From the NCBI RefSeq assembly GCF_009914755.1, contig NC_060933.1: 64,000 bases of DNA. One strand, given 5' to 3'. The stretch's first letter is position 1. Every line of letters starts with the position of its first letter. This document shows positions 32,741-47,422 of the stretch, one piece after another. The DNA is from the human T2T-CHM13v2.0 reference genome, Homo sapiens. A program made the position numbers and the translations under genes. A model generated the notes under the pieces. The model searched no databases. It was not told where the DNA came from and was given only the letters and a program-made list of their open reading frames with translations.

Positions 32741-33904
32741 CCACCTCAGCAGAGCCTCCTGGCAAGTAGGATTTAGTCTACACCAGGCTTCCTGCATGCC
32801 ACTATTTACTTTCCTAATGAAGACAGAAAACGAGGTGTGAAGGCAGCAGCATGTTAGATTTTTCAGTTCTAATGGGAAGAATAAAAAACTCACTATGATG
32901 CACTAAAGAGCCATTAGTGAAAACAGTTTTAAGTCCCTACCTCAATTCCCAAGAAAGCTGATGGAGAAAAACGGCAGCTTCAACATTTGCACTTTGACTT
33001 GCCTCTCTCCATGGGAACTTCAGATTTCCTTCCTACAGCTAACACAATCCTAAATTTCTAGTGTGGCTTTCAGGGATTACCAAAGACAGAATGTTGAATG
33101 CATTGTATGGTTTCTGTCTTCAGTCATAGGAACCATTCTTTGCTCTAGGAGTAGCAATGAGATCCAAATCCAGGAAATATGGCAATATCTTCGATTTACA
33201 TCATTAGCCCTCAGTATTATTTTTTTTTTTTTGAGACTAGAAGCAGAAGGCTGCTTCATGCTTGGCTGCCTATCAAAAGAAGCAGTTTTCATAAATCTAT
33301 AGCTCTGAACAATGAAAACGGTTCCTTTCACCTCTGCTGAATCAGTGTCTGGAGCATCAGGGACAGGGGAAAAGTTCTAACATTAGCTTTTTTCTTCTAC
33401 CTGCTGCTAATCAGAGTGCAAGCATGAAGTTGTATTCTTCTCAGGGCCAGTAAAGCAGGGAAAGAAATCACTAGTGCTCCTCTCCAGTCTGAAGATCAAA
33501 TAAACAGCCTTTTTTATCATCCAGCTGCTAGGGGTATGGCTTGAGCTACAGACAGCTCATTAGAAAGAACCACAAAGTTAGAAATTTGGCCTTTGGGGGG
33601 AAAATGTCATTCTTCAAATTCCCTGTCTTGTATTCTTTAACTAAGTACATATCCTTTTTAGGGGCCAGATGGGATGGGGAGACCTGTTTTGAACCTTAAG
33701 ACAATAATAAGAGCTTAGATATTTACTGAAGGAATGAAATGGTTTGTCTGAAAGTTGCCCAGTTTCACAACTGTTGTTCCATAAAACCAAAGAGAACGAT
33801 GCTTGCCACGTGGGTAAAAGCTGACTTTAGTTGACGTCTCTTCCTTCATTCTTTTTCAGCTCACACATCCTCCCCATTCTCTGAGTTCCCACAAAGACTG
33901 TTAT

Positions 33905-34505
33905 TGCTGGGGCTCATAAAATTATACTCCAAAGTATGATGCTTTGGCATCCAGAGTGCTTTGAACTATAGGAGATTGAAGGCCCCAGAAGCCAAGTTTC
34001 CCTCTGACCTCCTGCCTCCCTGTCTCCCACCCCCTACTTTTCCCCTGAAGTGAGTCCTGGAAACCAGAATTCTTCTTGCCCAAAGCAAGCCGTGACACCC
34101 TGGAAATATCACTCTAACCTTCCTTGCCTTTCCGTGTGGCAGCTGGCCATGAAGAAATTCTCTGACCTACCTTGTTTGATAGCAGATCACAAGACCCTGG
34201 TTCCAGAGCGGTCCTGCTTTACACCGAAGGAAAGGAATGTCATACAGAAAGGCCAAGAAGAATCTGAAGAGATGTCCAATCACCTTTTCACGTGGCTGCC
34301 CATTCTTCATTGAACCTAAGCATTAAAATAGACAGTTTCCCCTGGGTCTTTGGGTCTTCATTTCTGAAGACTCCATGTCATGTAAAACTTTGATTAAATA
34401 AATGTATCATGCATTACTTTTGCTAACCTGTCTTTTGTTATAGGAGTGTCGCCTGTGACCTTTATGATGGGTAAGGAAAGATTTCACATCTTTTCTACCC
34501 CTACA
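33905..34505 (+). mobile_element. ERV1 solo LTR (MER72/MER39-group)
   Basis: TG...CA termini (tgctggggctca...cccctaca), perfect 4-bp TSD ttat, AATAAA near 3' end; exact family uncertain. Confidence 0.88.
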
Positions 34506-35870
34506 TTATCATACTGTGAAATTTTATTATATGCTGTCTTGCCCTCATAGAAAGAGAATTTTGGAGTTTGAAAGAATCCTGCTAATCATGAAATCTGGTC
34601 CTTTATTTAACAGAAAAATTCCCAGAGACATGAAATGATTAGTACTGTTTCACAGAGAAGCAGAGGGAGAGCCAGACCCTCAGTCAGTCCAGGCTCTGCT
34701 GTCTTTGGAGGTGGGGTTTCAGGTCTCCCCAGCAGGGTTGTGAGGTCCCAAAGAACGGGAGGCAGGCCTTGGGCCATAGTGTCCTGCATCCCTCCAGAGC
34801 CTGCAGCAGGAGCTGGGCCCAAGGATGCTGCGGAGTGAGTCCACATGACTGACATACACTGCTCTGGAAGCACCATTCCGGCAGACTAGCCCTCTTCTTC
34901 CCATATAATCCGGGAAGGTTGTTATAGATAGTACAGATTTTTCTAGATAATCTTGTAACATATTCACATTCAACATACATACAAAAATTCACACTTGGTA
35001 TGGGTAGGAGAACTGTGCAGACTTCAGTAGAATTTATTTATTAAAGCTTTCTGTAGACAGTCATTTAAGGCCAGCAAAATGTTTTCGATCTCAGGGGTTA
35101 AATGGATTCAAAACAGAAATCAGTAAAGCTGTCATTGCAGATTTCTGTAATAGAGAGACAAGTATAACAATTGATTAAGAACTCTATCCCTTTATATCTA
35201 TAGAATATATAAGGCCCCTGGATACCCCTGGACCTCAACGCTCCACATTCCCCATTTCAGAAATCCAGGAGGACGTGTGGCACCGTGAGGGGACCACAGA
35301 GACCCTGTCTCTCCTGTCTAGTCTATGCATCTTCACTCGCCCGGCCCTCACTTCACAGAACAGGCATTCTTGCTCCAAAATCCCTCGCTCATTAGCTGCC
35401 CCTATCCTGCTGCTTACCCAGATTTTAACCCGTGAGTCACCCCACACCCTCCTGACATCTGCTTTTCTCAGGACATGGAAAATACGGACTTGGGATTTGA
35501 GCATTTTCTATGCACAGGAAAACTGAAATTGAGATTCAGGAAAGCTACTTACTGAATTTGATAATTTAGGTGTGGATTAAGATTGTAGGTGTTATCTTGA
35601 GAGGGCCCCAAGCAAGTTTCAGATGTACATTTTTTTTGAGAAAATGTGTGAGAGGCTATTTTGCTCTCAGTTCTCTGCTATTGTTAGGACCCCTAGTATT
35701 TACCTGCCCGCTTGCACTGTAACTCCAAAGGAAGCTTTCACCTAAAGCTTGGGAGAAATGATCTGCTAATAATCCATCACTGTGGTTCTTATCATGTTTC
35801 CCATCGTTTTCTCTTTTATGAGCAGTTCTTCTAATATTAGCATTTTCTTCTTCAAGCATAACTACCATAA

Positions 35871-36229
<359 letters not shown>

Positions 36230-36928
36230 TTGTGGTGTGTTTTTATTCAACCCAGAAAGAATTTTGTTGCCAGCATTAATTGTATGTATTAATACTTTAC
36301 TGAGAAACTGTGTCAGATATAGGGATATGCAAAGTTCCTAATGACAGTAGAAAACTAGAAATATGGGAAAAGTTTGAGCTTGAAATATGAAAATTAGAAT
36401 GATGTACTTAATTAAATAAAAGAAATATTTGCAGATACGCTTGGACCAAGACTGATAATTAAAACACAGTACAATTTATTTCAAAATTAAAATGTTGATT
36501 ATTTATTTTCTTAGGGGGCAGGTATACATGTTCTTAAATAGTCAGAAACTAAATACACTCTTCAAATGTTGAGAAATAAGTAGTAAAATTTTTTTATAAA
36601 AAGAAATAGCATGCCCACCTAGATTACTATTAATGAACACTCTTTTAGTTTTTGAATGAAACATTATCTTAGCATGGAAGTTTAAGAAAACAAAGATTTT
36701 TTAAAGTCACTATACTATGACATGTCCACAAAAATGTTTAGTAGATAGTTCCTCAGAAGTAATTTTCATAGATGAATAAAATGATGACCGTGCATATTCT
36801 TTTCGGTGGTCTTTGTAGATGTGTTAATTCACATGCGGTAAAAGGGAAAAGTTAACAAATGCAAAGCATGAGAATCCCACATTTTAGTTTATACTGATTC
36901 TCATTAATTTATCCAGTGGTAATTCATT

Positions 36929-37232
36929 CTTCTTTTCCTTTTTATTTTTTTTAGACGGAGTCTCGCTTTGTCGCCCGGGCTGGAGTGCAGTGGCGCGATC
37001 TTGGCTCACTGCAAGCACCGCCTCCCGGGTTCATGCCATTCTCCTGCCTCAGTCTCTTGAGTAGCTGAGACTACAGGCGCCCACCATCATGCCCGGCTAA
37101 TTTTTTGTATTTTTAATAGAGATGGGGTTTCACCGTGTTAGCCAGGATAGTCTCGATCTCCTGTCCTCGTGATTCACCCACCTCGGCCTCCCCAAGTTCT
37201 GGGATTACAGGCGTGAGACACTGCACCCAGCC
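36929..37232 (-). mobile_element. AluY
   Basis: AluY diagnostics; TSD ggtaattcatt. Confidence 0.95.
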
Positions 37233-38033
37233 GGTAATTCATTTTTCATAATTGTTGCTTAGAGATTCTAACCCCAGTTCCCATTACCCATCCTGTCTCA
37301 CACACAATAAAGTGTCATGTCTGCGTCACTAAATGTCTGCGTTGGAGTGAGTTTGAATTGTCTTTAATGTCAGACTCACTTCAGAGGAGGTGTGGTTTTC
37401 TTGCTTTTTTGTTTTTTTTGTTTTTTCACCTCTGTAGGACTTTTCCAAGTGGCTCCGGGTCAGTGAAAAGTTATTAAGAGCAGCTTCTACTTCTGTCCTA
37501 ATTAAAAATTGTGCAAAACAAAAAAATACATCTTTTTGACACATTTTTTCTGAAGTAACCTCGTATTTTTTTCCTTCAAAAATTGAAATCAAAAGGTAAA
37601 ATAAGTATACAATTTTAATTTCTGATACTGGCATAGTGTTTGTATCTGACTATCTTCATGGAGCAAAAGTCATGGAGATAAAAGATAAAAACTTCACAAT
37701 TATTCAGTTATTTTGTTTATTGTTAAGTTTAAATCCTATTTGATTTAGCATTTTATTTTCTATAAATGTTTAAATAAACATTTTATAGAAAAGCCCAATC
37801 ACTACCACCTCCTCAAATCACTGAGGTTGCCTCTAACCTGAGTGTAAATGGAAAGCAATTATATTATTTATCTGCTTTTACTTACTCATATTTAAGTGCT
37901 GGTATTTGTGCTTTAGGTCAAATAATATAAGATTTTCCCATAGAAATGATGGCAACTTAATAATTAAAATTTTAAAGCATCTTACAGGGAAGTATTTTTA
38001 GACAATATATCACTTGTTCATACCATGACTTAA

Positions 38034-38336
<303 letters not shown>

Positions 38337-38342
38337 TGATAA

Positions 38343-38741
38343 TTTTATTTAACTTTTAACTTCAGTGTGACATGTACAGGTTTATCACATAGGGAAACTT
38401 GTGTCATGGGTGTTTGTTGTACAGACTATTTCATCAGCCAGGTATTAAGCCTAGTACCCATTAGTTATTTTTCCTGAATCTCTCCCTCCTCCCACTCTCC
38501 ACCCTCTGAGAGGCCCCAGTGTGTGTTGCTCCCCTCTATGTGTCCATGTGTTATCATCATTTAGCTCCCACTTATAAGTGACAACAAGCGGTATTTGGTT
38601 TTCGGTTTCTGGGTTAGTTTGCTAAGGATAATGGCCTCCAACTCCATCGATGTTGCTGAAGAGGACATGATCCTCCTCTTTGTTCTGGCTGCATAGTATT
38701 CCATGGTGTATATGTACCACATTTTCTTTATTCAGCCTGTA
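38343..38741 (-). mobile_element. L1PA13-like 3' fragment
   Basis: aaacttgtgtcatggg, gcctagtacccattagttatttttcctga. Confidence 0.9.
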
Positions 38742-39029
38742 TGATAAATATTATTTTTTTTAAAATCTTGAGTTCTAAATTCTCCCAGTCAGTCATAAAG
38801 ACAAGTATGAATAAATTACTATTTGGTAGTATAATGAAGGTTATAAGGAACATTTTAAAGTAATTCTTCAGAACTGTTTTAGACTATGCTGTTAGGAAAT
38901 TGTAGTCTCTCTCAAATTTAACAGGCATTTTACCAAGCACATTTTTATAATTTGGAGATGAAGATTTTGTCCAGGAGCAGTAACGTAGACTCTAATAACA
39001 TGAGAGCAAGCATGAGAACAGTATGTAAA

Positions 39030-40320
39030 GCCAAAGTCACCATCTCTCCTCCTACCCCCTCTTGGTGATTATTCTTAATTTCAGAGTCAAAAATGACTGC
39101 CATCTTTGCAGTTGAGAAGCCTAAAAGACATTCCTGACTCTTCTGTCTTCCTCACATTCATGTCTTCTTAATCAAGTCAATTTTATCTCTAGAATTTATC
39201 TGTATTAACCACCATCAACTCCCTGGGCACAGTGACACCATCATGTGGCCAGCTGATCTCGCCCAGCTACTCTTGATGCTGGTATTAGTCTGTTCTCACA
39301 CTGCTATAAAGAACTACCTGAGACTGGGTAATTTATGAAGAAAAGAGGTTTAATTGACTCACAGTTCCACAGGCTGTACAGAAAGCATAGTTGGAGAGGC
39401 CTCAGAAAATTTACAATCATGGCTGAAGGCCAAAGGGAAGCAACCACATCTTCACATGGCTGGCAGAAGGGAGAGAGAGAGCCAAGGGGGAGGTGCTACC
39501 CACTTTCACACAACCAGATCTCGTGAGAACTCACTCACTATCATGAAAACAGCAAGGAGAGATCTGCCTCCATAGTCCAATAACCTCCCACCAGGTTCCT
39601 CCTCCAATATTGGGGACTACAATTCAACATGAGATTTGGGTGGGAACACAGAGCCAAACCATATCAGACCCCTTCCTGTCTATTATCCCCAATGTATCCA
39701 CAGTTATCTTTGAGATGGAAGCCTGATCATGTCATCCACAGGTCAAAATGGTGTTAATGGATTCCCATTATCTCAGTGGTGTCAAGGACTTCTGGTTATT
39801 CCAATGCCCAGGAGATAAAGTCCAAAGACTCAGCTAGGCCTCTAAAATCCTGTACGGTCTTTCTGTGTCCCCCCAAGTCACCATGCACAGGGCTTCCCAC
39901 TCTGCTCACTGTGCCACACCAGCCTTCACTCAGGCCCCCAACACTCCTTGCTCTCCTGCCACAGCGATTTCACATAAGCCAGTTCTACTTTCTGAATTGC
40001 TCTTCTCACTACAAAAACTCTCACATTAATTTTTTTCATCCTGCAGATCTCAGCTCAAATGTCATTCCTCAGAGAAGCAATCCTGACTCCCTAGAGTAAG
40101 TCAGGTTCTGCTATTTTATGCTTCCAATGAATCATATTTCTTTTTAAAATCACTAATCACAGCTTTAATTTTGCCAATATTTGTGCATTTGATTAAAGTA
40201 GCTCTCCCTGAATAGACTATATGTTCCTTGAGGTCAAATTTATGTCTAATTTGCTCACCTCTTTACCCCCAACTCCACACCCAGTCCAAAACATTTGTTG
40301 GGAGAATAAATAAATAATTG
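39030..40320 (+). mobile_element. L2 remnant interrupted by THE1
   Basis: cctgatcatgtca, gataaagtccaaa, gatctcagctcaaatgtca, terminal catttgttg...aataaataa. Confidence 0.75.
39281..39666 (-). mobile_element. THE1D-like MaLR solo LTR
   Basis: gtattagtctgttctcacactgct...cagagccaaaccatatca. Confidence 0.92.
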
Positions 40321-40597
40321 TTGAACACTTTTGTGAGTTGAGACCTTCTTGGTAAAGGGAACATAGGCGTGAGCTGAAGTCAGTGCTCCCAAGGGGCTCT
40401 ATTCCAATATAGGGAGACTATTTCAAACAAAAACATAAATGTGTTATAGGTCAATTGAGAAGAAAAGGCAGGTCCACAGGTAAGAGAGTAACCCATGGGT
40501 AGAAGAAATTCAGCTTTACCTTGACTGGTCATAGAAGGTGTTCCTGAGAAGCTATCTGAGAATTTTACCAGCCAGGTATTAGATATATCCTTTGTAA

Positions 40598-40700
40598 TAA
40601 AAGCCATGGTGAGAGAATTTACACAATAGAAATCAGCAAATGCTACAAATCAGGGGTTTCATTCCTTTTGTTTTAGAGAGCCCATTTAGCTTCACACTAC
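40598..40700 (-). mobile_element. MER53 (hAT) fragment
   Basis: gccatggtgagagaatttacac...aaatgctacaaatcaggg. Confidence 0.65.
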
Positions 40701-40889
40701 AAGCCTCATTCTTTAAAAATCAGTCCTTTATTTTCAGTTACGATTTACATATGTTGGGAGTAAGATGCCAGCACATATCCAAATAGATATGTCCACTATA
40801 ACTATTTTAGTAATGGTGACAAGAAAATGTATCTTGGTCAACCATGGTTACAGGTAGAACAATTTCTCCCCTTAATATTTATCTAAAAA

Positions 40890-41725
40890 AAACCTTTTAT
40901 TAACAGGCTTGATGAGGTTAAAATTTATGTAAAATTAACTGCACACGTATAAAGTATACAATTTAACAAGCATAGGCACATACATACATCCATGAAACCA
41001 ACACCACTCTCAAGGAGGGCAACTCATCCACCACACTCTCAAGTTTCCTTTGTCCTTTGGCAATGTTTGTTTTTGTAATCACTTTGTACCCACTCCTTCT
41101 TAGGCAACTATTTATTTCTTTTCTGTCACTGTAGATTGGTTTGAATTTTCTAGAATTTCATAGAAATACAATTTTTACAGTATGTACTCTTTTTGCCTGC
41201 CTTTTTTCACTCACCGTATTTATTTATTTTATTTATTTTTTTGAGATGGAGTCTCGCTCTGTCGCCCAGGCTGGAGTGCAGTGGCATGATCTCGGCTCAC
41301 TGCAAGCTCTGCCTCCCAGGTTCATGCCATTCTCCTGCCTCAGCCTCCTGAGTAGCTGGACTACAGGTGCCTGCCACCACGCCCGACTAATTTTTTGTAT
41401 TTTTAGTAAAGACAGGGTTTCACCATGTGTAAGCCAGGATGGTCTCAATCTCCTGACCACGTGGTCTGCCCACCTTGGCCTCCCAAAGTGATGGGATTAC
41501 AGGCATAAGCCACCACACCTGGCCACCATATTTATTTTGAAATTAACTCATTTGCATTAATAGTTCATTCCTTTTAAATATTGGATTACTATTCCATTGG
41601 ACGGTTATACTACAATCATTTATCTATTCAACAGTTGATGAACATCTAGGCTCATTTCTTACTATTAAAAATAAAGCTGCCATAAACATTTGTGTACAAA
41701 TAGTTCTGTGGACATTTGTATTTAT
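40890..41725 (-). mobile_element. Old L1M (MC/ME) 3' end interrupted by Alu
   Basis: aactgcacac...aagtatacaatt, tagttcattcctttt, aataaagctgccataaacatt. Confidence 0.75.
41219..41524 (-). mobile_element. AluY-like
   Basis: AluY diagnostics; TSD acc(g/a)tatttattt. Confidence 0.95.
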
Positions 41726-42882
41726 TAGGCTTTTTTATTCTGTAGTATTAATGCTTTGACATCTTGTTGCCTTACTGACTCACTGATATACTTTTTCTTC
41801 AATAGGAATGTAACCAAGTGAGTAATTAAGACAAAATGTGAAAGCAGTTTAATATTTGTCTAGTCTTACACAAGAATTTTTGTCTCATTTTTCAACTATA
41901 AGAAAAAGTACTAAAGATTAATTTATTCAAAAGTTGGAACTTTCTTCCTTATTTTTGCCAAAATATCACACCTGAAGGATTTTGTTGTTGTTATAAATGT
42001 TGAGAGGTATGCATTTTTGTATTCCTATGAAATGTCATAGATATGAAATACTACATTCTAGGGAATATTTTAAAACAAAATATGACAGCTTTTCTAGCAT
42101 TAACTATTAATGGCTATAAAAATTAGCATTATCTTTGTGCTTGGCTGCTCAGCTTTGTGTTGAGATAAACTACATGTTAGGTAGGAATGACAGCCAACTT
42201 ACAATTAACATTTTTCATATCATATATTTGCTCAAGGGTATATTTTACCAAAAATTATAATGCTTTTAATGTAGGTTTCAATTTTCTTCCAAAATGAACT
42301 AAAAGGATTTTTTTTCCTGGTAATCAGAAAAAGAGAATGTGATAAGTTTCATTTATATTGAGTAATAAATTATAGTAGGCAGGTGTTTGCTTGCTATCTG
42401 TCCTTCATTGACACATTAGTCAATTGATTCATGCATAGTAAATTATCAGTTAATGTATTCTGGCCCACAACATACTCAAAATGCTTTAGACTGTGAAGAT
42501 TCTTTCTATATAACCCTAAAAAGCCCTAGTTTAGGAGAAAAGGTACATGCCTTTGGCATGGCACTATATTCATAAAGAGATGTGATTTTTTAAAAAACTC
42601 CCTTTTTATGAAATTATTTTCTCTACTAAACTGCTATGAAAATGCTACCATTTTAACTAGAGAAAGAAAATCCACATTTGAGAGAATGGACTATTTTTTA
42701 TTCTGTTTACTTAAAATCTGCCTAAGATTTCTGAAACTTAGTCAGCTCAAATGACAAATTAAACCTAATACAAAAGGGCAGATTCAAGGGCATGAAGGAT
42801 GAAGTACATGGGCCTTGAAGTCAGGAAAACCAAGCGTCTAACAGGCTTTTGCCAACAAATTGGGTAACATTAGAATGAGACA

Positions 42883-43451
<569 letters not shown>

Positions 43452-44339
43452 TGGCCTGAGGTATATTTTTAAAAATAATTGATCACCATAATGTAGAGCC
43501 TAATTAACGTGCTGTCTGCTATAATCCATATGGATTGCAGGCATTTCTCTGCTAAAATGTACTAAAGTGAGCCAGAGCAAGCAGCGGCTCCTGCCTGCTG
43601 GAGGATCAGTCCCTGCCCTCTGTCTCTATGCCAGGCCTGAGCTAGCTCCTGCTGCTCTCACAGCCAGGTGACAACCCCATTTGCTGGAACCAACATGCAA
43701 ATAAGTCGCTTTATTCAATCTACCAACTCTGCCACAGAAAATAAAAAGTGTATACTGCGTTCTTTCAGAATATGATTTTCTAAATTAATTCAACAGGAAA
43801 TAAATAACAGAAACAGTTTACCACAACAAGTAATACCCTATAGTGACATTTGTTGTTGTACAGTCTCTATTATCTCTTAGAACCAAAAATACCCAGATAT
43901 TGTGACCTAAAATCTAATCTTTCAAGATGCTTCAATAAAAGAATTAGAAATGGTCATGTAAATGTAGTAACTGCTGCATTTTTACATTATTTTTGGAGAT
44001 TTTAAATGTTTACCAGGTTAAGGGTTCAAAGAAGACTTTTGTTTCAAATTAGCGTTTACCAGATGTAATTGACTGTGGACACGTTTTTACATAAAATTTA
44101 TTAGCACACACATGGTAGAATTAGTTCAGAAGAAAAGCACATCTGTCAGTAAATGTTCAGTACAAGCAGGCCAAATATGAAATATCTCATTTTATATCCA
44201 AACCTCTAGAATCAGTTAAAATCTGGAACTTGCTCATTTAGTCGCTTTAATAACCTTTCTAAAGAATTGCATCTATCACCTGGTGACTTTTGAAATCATT
44301 TTATACATTTTATATTTTAAAAATATGAGACCATTTATT

Positions 44340-44590
44340 GTTTTTACCTACAGACCATGACATTCAAGGTTGCCTATGGCTGATCACCCACCCACTCCAT
44401 CCCCACCATTAACTGTCCTGGCCTCTTTGTCACTCTGTATTCTATATATTGGAGATCTATATCCATTATTTCAGTTTCCTGAACCCACTGAGTTCTTCCA
44501 TCCATTGTCATTTCCTCTGCTTGGAATGTGTTAATTCCCTCTCTCTTTACAGGACTGGTTTCTATAAAGCCATCCATAAACCAGCATCAT
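44340..44590 (+). mobile_element. L2 fragment
   Basis: tttcagtttcctgaac, ttcctctgcttggaatg. Confidence 0.5.
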
Positions 44591-44899
44591 AAGACAGAAT
44601 TTGAATTTTCAGTGTGACATCAGCAAGATGGTGAAATAGGCATTTTCAGCACTCATCTCCTCACAGAAAAATCAATTTGAACAACCATCCATGAATGAAA
44701 ATACCTTTGCAAGAGCTAAGGAATCCAGGTCAGAGATTATAGCACCTGGACAGAGTACAGAAATAAGAAAAGGCACATTGAATAAGGTAAGGAGGACAGT
44801 ATTGCATTACCAGTGTGACGTCTACCCCAAGCTTACACATCACAGTAGAGAGAGAGATACCTTTTGCATGGGGAAAGGAAAGTGAAGTGAGTGCCTGAC

Positions 44900-45890
44900 T
44901 CTCACATGGATTTTGGCACCAGACTCCTACCAGTGAATCTTGGCACAAAGCCGGTCCCATTGTTCCAGGCTACAGATCCACCTTCATGGTCTCAGGCACC
45001 AGACCTGTTCCCATGGAATCAGGTACCAGTGTGCCCTAATACCAGTGTGCCTAATGCCAGACTGATCCCTGTGGTCTCAATATGTGGCTCATTTTCATAG
45101 ACTTAGCTTCCAGGCTCACCCCAACACCAATTCAGCTTCCAGGTTCGCCCCAGCACCAGGTCAACCTTTGCATCCCCAAGCTGCAGGCCAATACCTGCAC
45201 CAGGTTAGCCTCTGTGGCCCCAAGATCTAGACCAGCCCTTGTGGCCTCCAGGCCCCAGGCCAGCTCACATGACCTCAGGCAACAGGCCCATCCAGAGCCA
45301 TGCTGGCACCCACACCTTCAAGCTCCAGGATGGCCCCTGCAGCTCCAGGCTCCAACATAAGGCCAACCCCTATGGACCCAATTCCAGGCCTGTTTTCATG
45401 GTCTTAGGTACTAGGCTTTTCCCAATGGAATCAGATATGAGGCCTGTCTCAGTTGACCCTAGGGCCAGGCTGCTGCCATAGATTCTATGCTGAACCCAGC
45501 CTCATAAACTCAGGTTCTGGGCCCGCCCGGTACCAGAATATCCCCTATGAACTCAGGCTCAAGGCCCTTCCCGGTGCCAGATTGGCCTTATGGACTCAGG
45601 CTCCAGGCCTATCCCTGAAGACCAAGTCTACCCTAGTGGACTCTGGTACCAGGCCAGTCACCTCAGACCCAGGAGCCAGTCCACACCCACAGACCCAGAA
45701 TCCAGACCCACCCATGTAGACCCATGCTCATAGTCCACTGAGTGGACTGGGGCTATAGGCCTGCCCCCACAGGCCAAGGCACCAGGCCAACCCTTGTAGA
45801 CTCAAGAGCCAGGCCCACATGCCCACTGACCCAGGCACCAGGCCAGCCCCCTAAAATAATCCCACCCATGGACCATGCCAGTTGGCCTTC
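44900..45890 (+). repeat. Degenerate GC-rich tandem array within the L1 5'UTR
   Basis: Recurring ccaggc/caccaggcc/gactcagg units. Confidence 0.7.
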
Positions 45891-47079
45891 CCAGAATCTC
45901 CGGACAAGCTGACTGGTAAAAGGATTTCCCACTGAAGTGTCTGTAAAGACTGTAAGAGGTGCCTACTTCTTCAAATATGAATACACCAAGGCAAAGCCAC
46001 AAGGAACATAAATAATCAGGGAAACATGACATCACAAAAATAATGTAATACCCATAACCAATCTAAAGAAATGGAGATCTATGAACTTCCTGAAGAAGAA
46101 TTCAAACTAATTGGCTTGAAGAAGCTCAATGAACTACACAAGAAGACACAGCCAACCAAACAAAATCAGGAAAACAATGTGTGAATAAAATGAAAAGTGT
46201 GACAGAGAGAAAACATAAAAAATAACCAAACAGAAATTCTGAAGCTGAAGAACATAATGACTGAACTGAAAAATTTCAGAGATCTTCAACAGCAAACTTG
46301 ATAAAGCAGCAGAAAGAGGCAGTGACCTCAAACACTGCTTATTTGAAATTAACCAGTCAGAGGAACAAAAGAAAAAAAGAATGAAAAGAGTGAAGAAGAC
46401 CGACAGGATTTATGGGCCAACATCAAGCAAACCTAATATGCATTAAGAAAGTCCTAGAAGGAACAGAGAAAGAGAAAGAGGAAAAAGCCTTCTTTAAGAA
46501 AATAACAGAAAATTTCCCAAATCTGGAGAAGTAAATGAAAATCCAGGCCAATGAGTTCAAAGAATTTCAAATAGATTAAACATAAAGAGATCATCACCAA
46601 GACACTGTATAATCAAGTTGAAAACTTTTCCTCTAACATCAGGAACAAGACAAGGATGCCCACTCTTACCACTTTTATTCAACATACAAATGGGTATCCT
46701 AGTCAACAAGAAAAAGAAATAAAAGGTATCCAGTTTGGAAAGAAAGAAGTTAAATTGTCTCTCTTTGCAGATGACATGATCGAATATATAAAAATCCCTA
46801 ACACATACTTAGAAATAAATTTAATAAATAACTTTAAAAATTAAAAAAATAAATTTAATCAATAAGGTAAAAGGTATATACACTGAAAACTATAAAATAT
46901 TGATGGAAGAAATAAGACACAAATAAATGAAAATACCCTGTGATAATGGATTGAAAGAATTAATATTGTCAAAATGTTCATACTACTCACCATGATCTAC
47001 AGATTCAATGAAATATTTATCTAACTTCCAATGGCATTTTTCACAGAAATAGAAATAACAATGTTAAAACTTATATGGA

Positions 47080-47422
<343 letters not shown>

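Noticed and set aside
32818-33122. 12-bp inverted match tgaagacagaaa/tttctgtcttca as transposon TIRs
   Set aside because: No TSD and no recognisable family; compatible with chance
37306-37360. AATAAA followed by a doubled atgtctgcgt as a poly(A) site
   Set aside because: No upstream exon evidence; AATAAA is frequent in this AT-rich DNA
44900-45890. Repeat array that could be mistaken for CRISPR or a coding repeat
   Set aside because: Degenerate units without identical repeats or unique spacers; positioned as the 5'UTR of an old L1 in a eukaryotic genome
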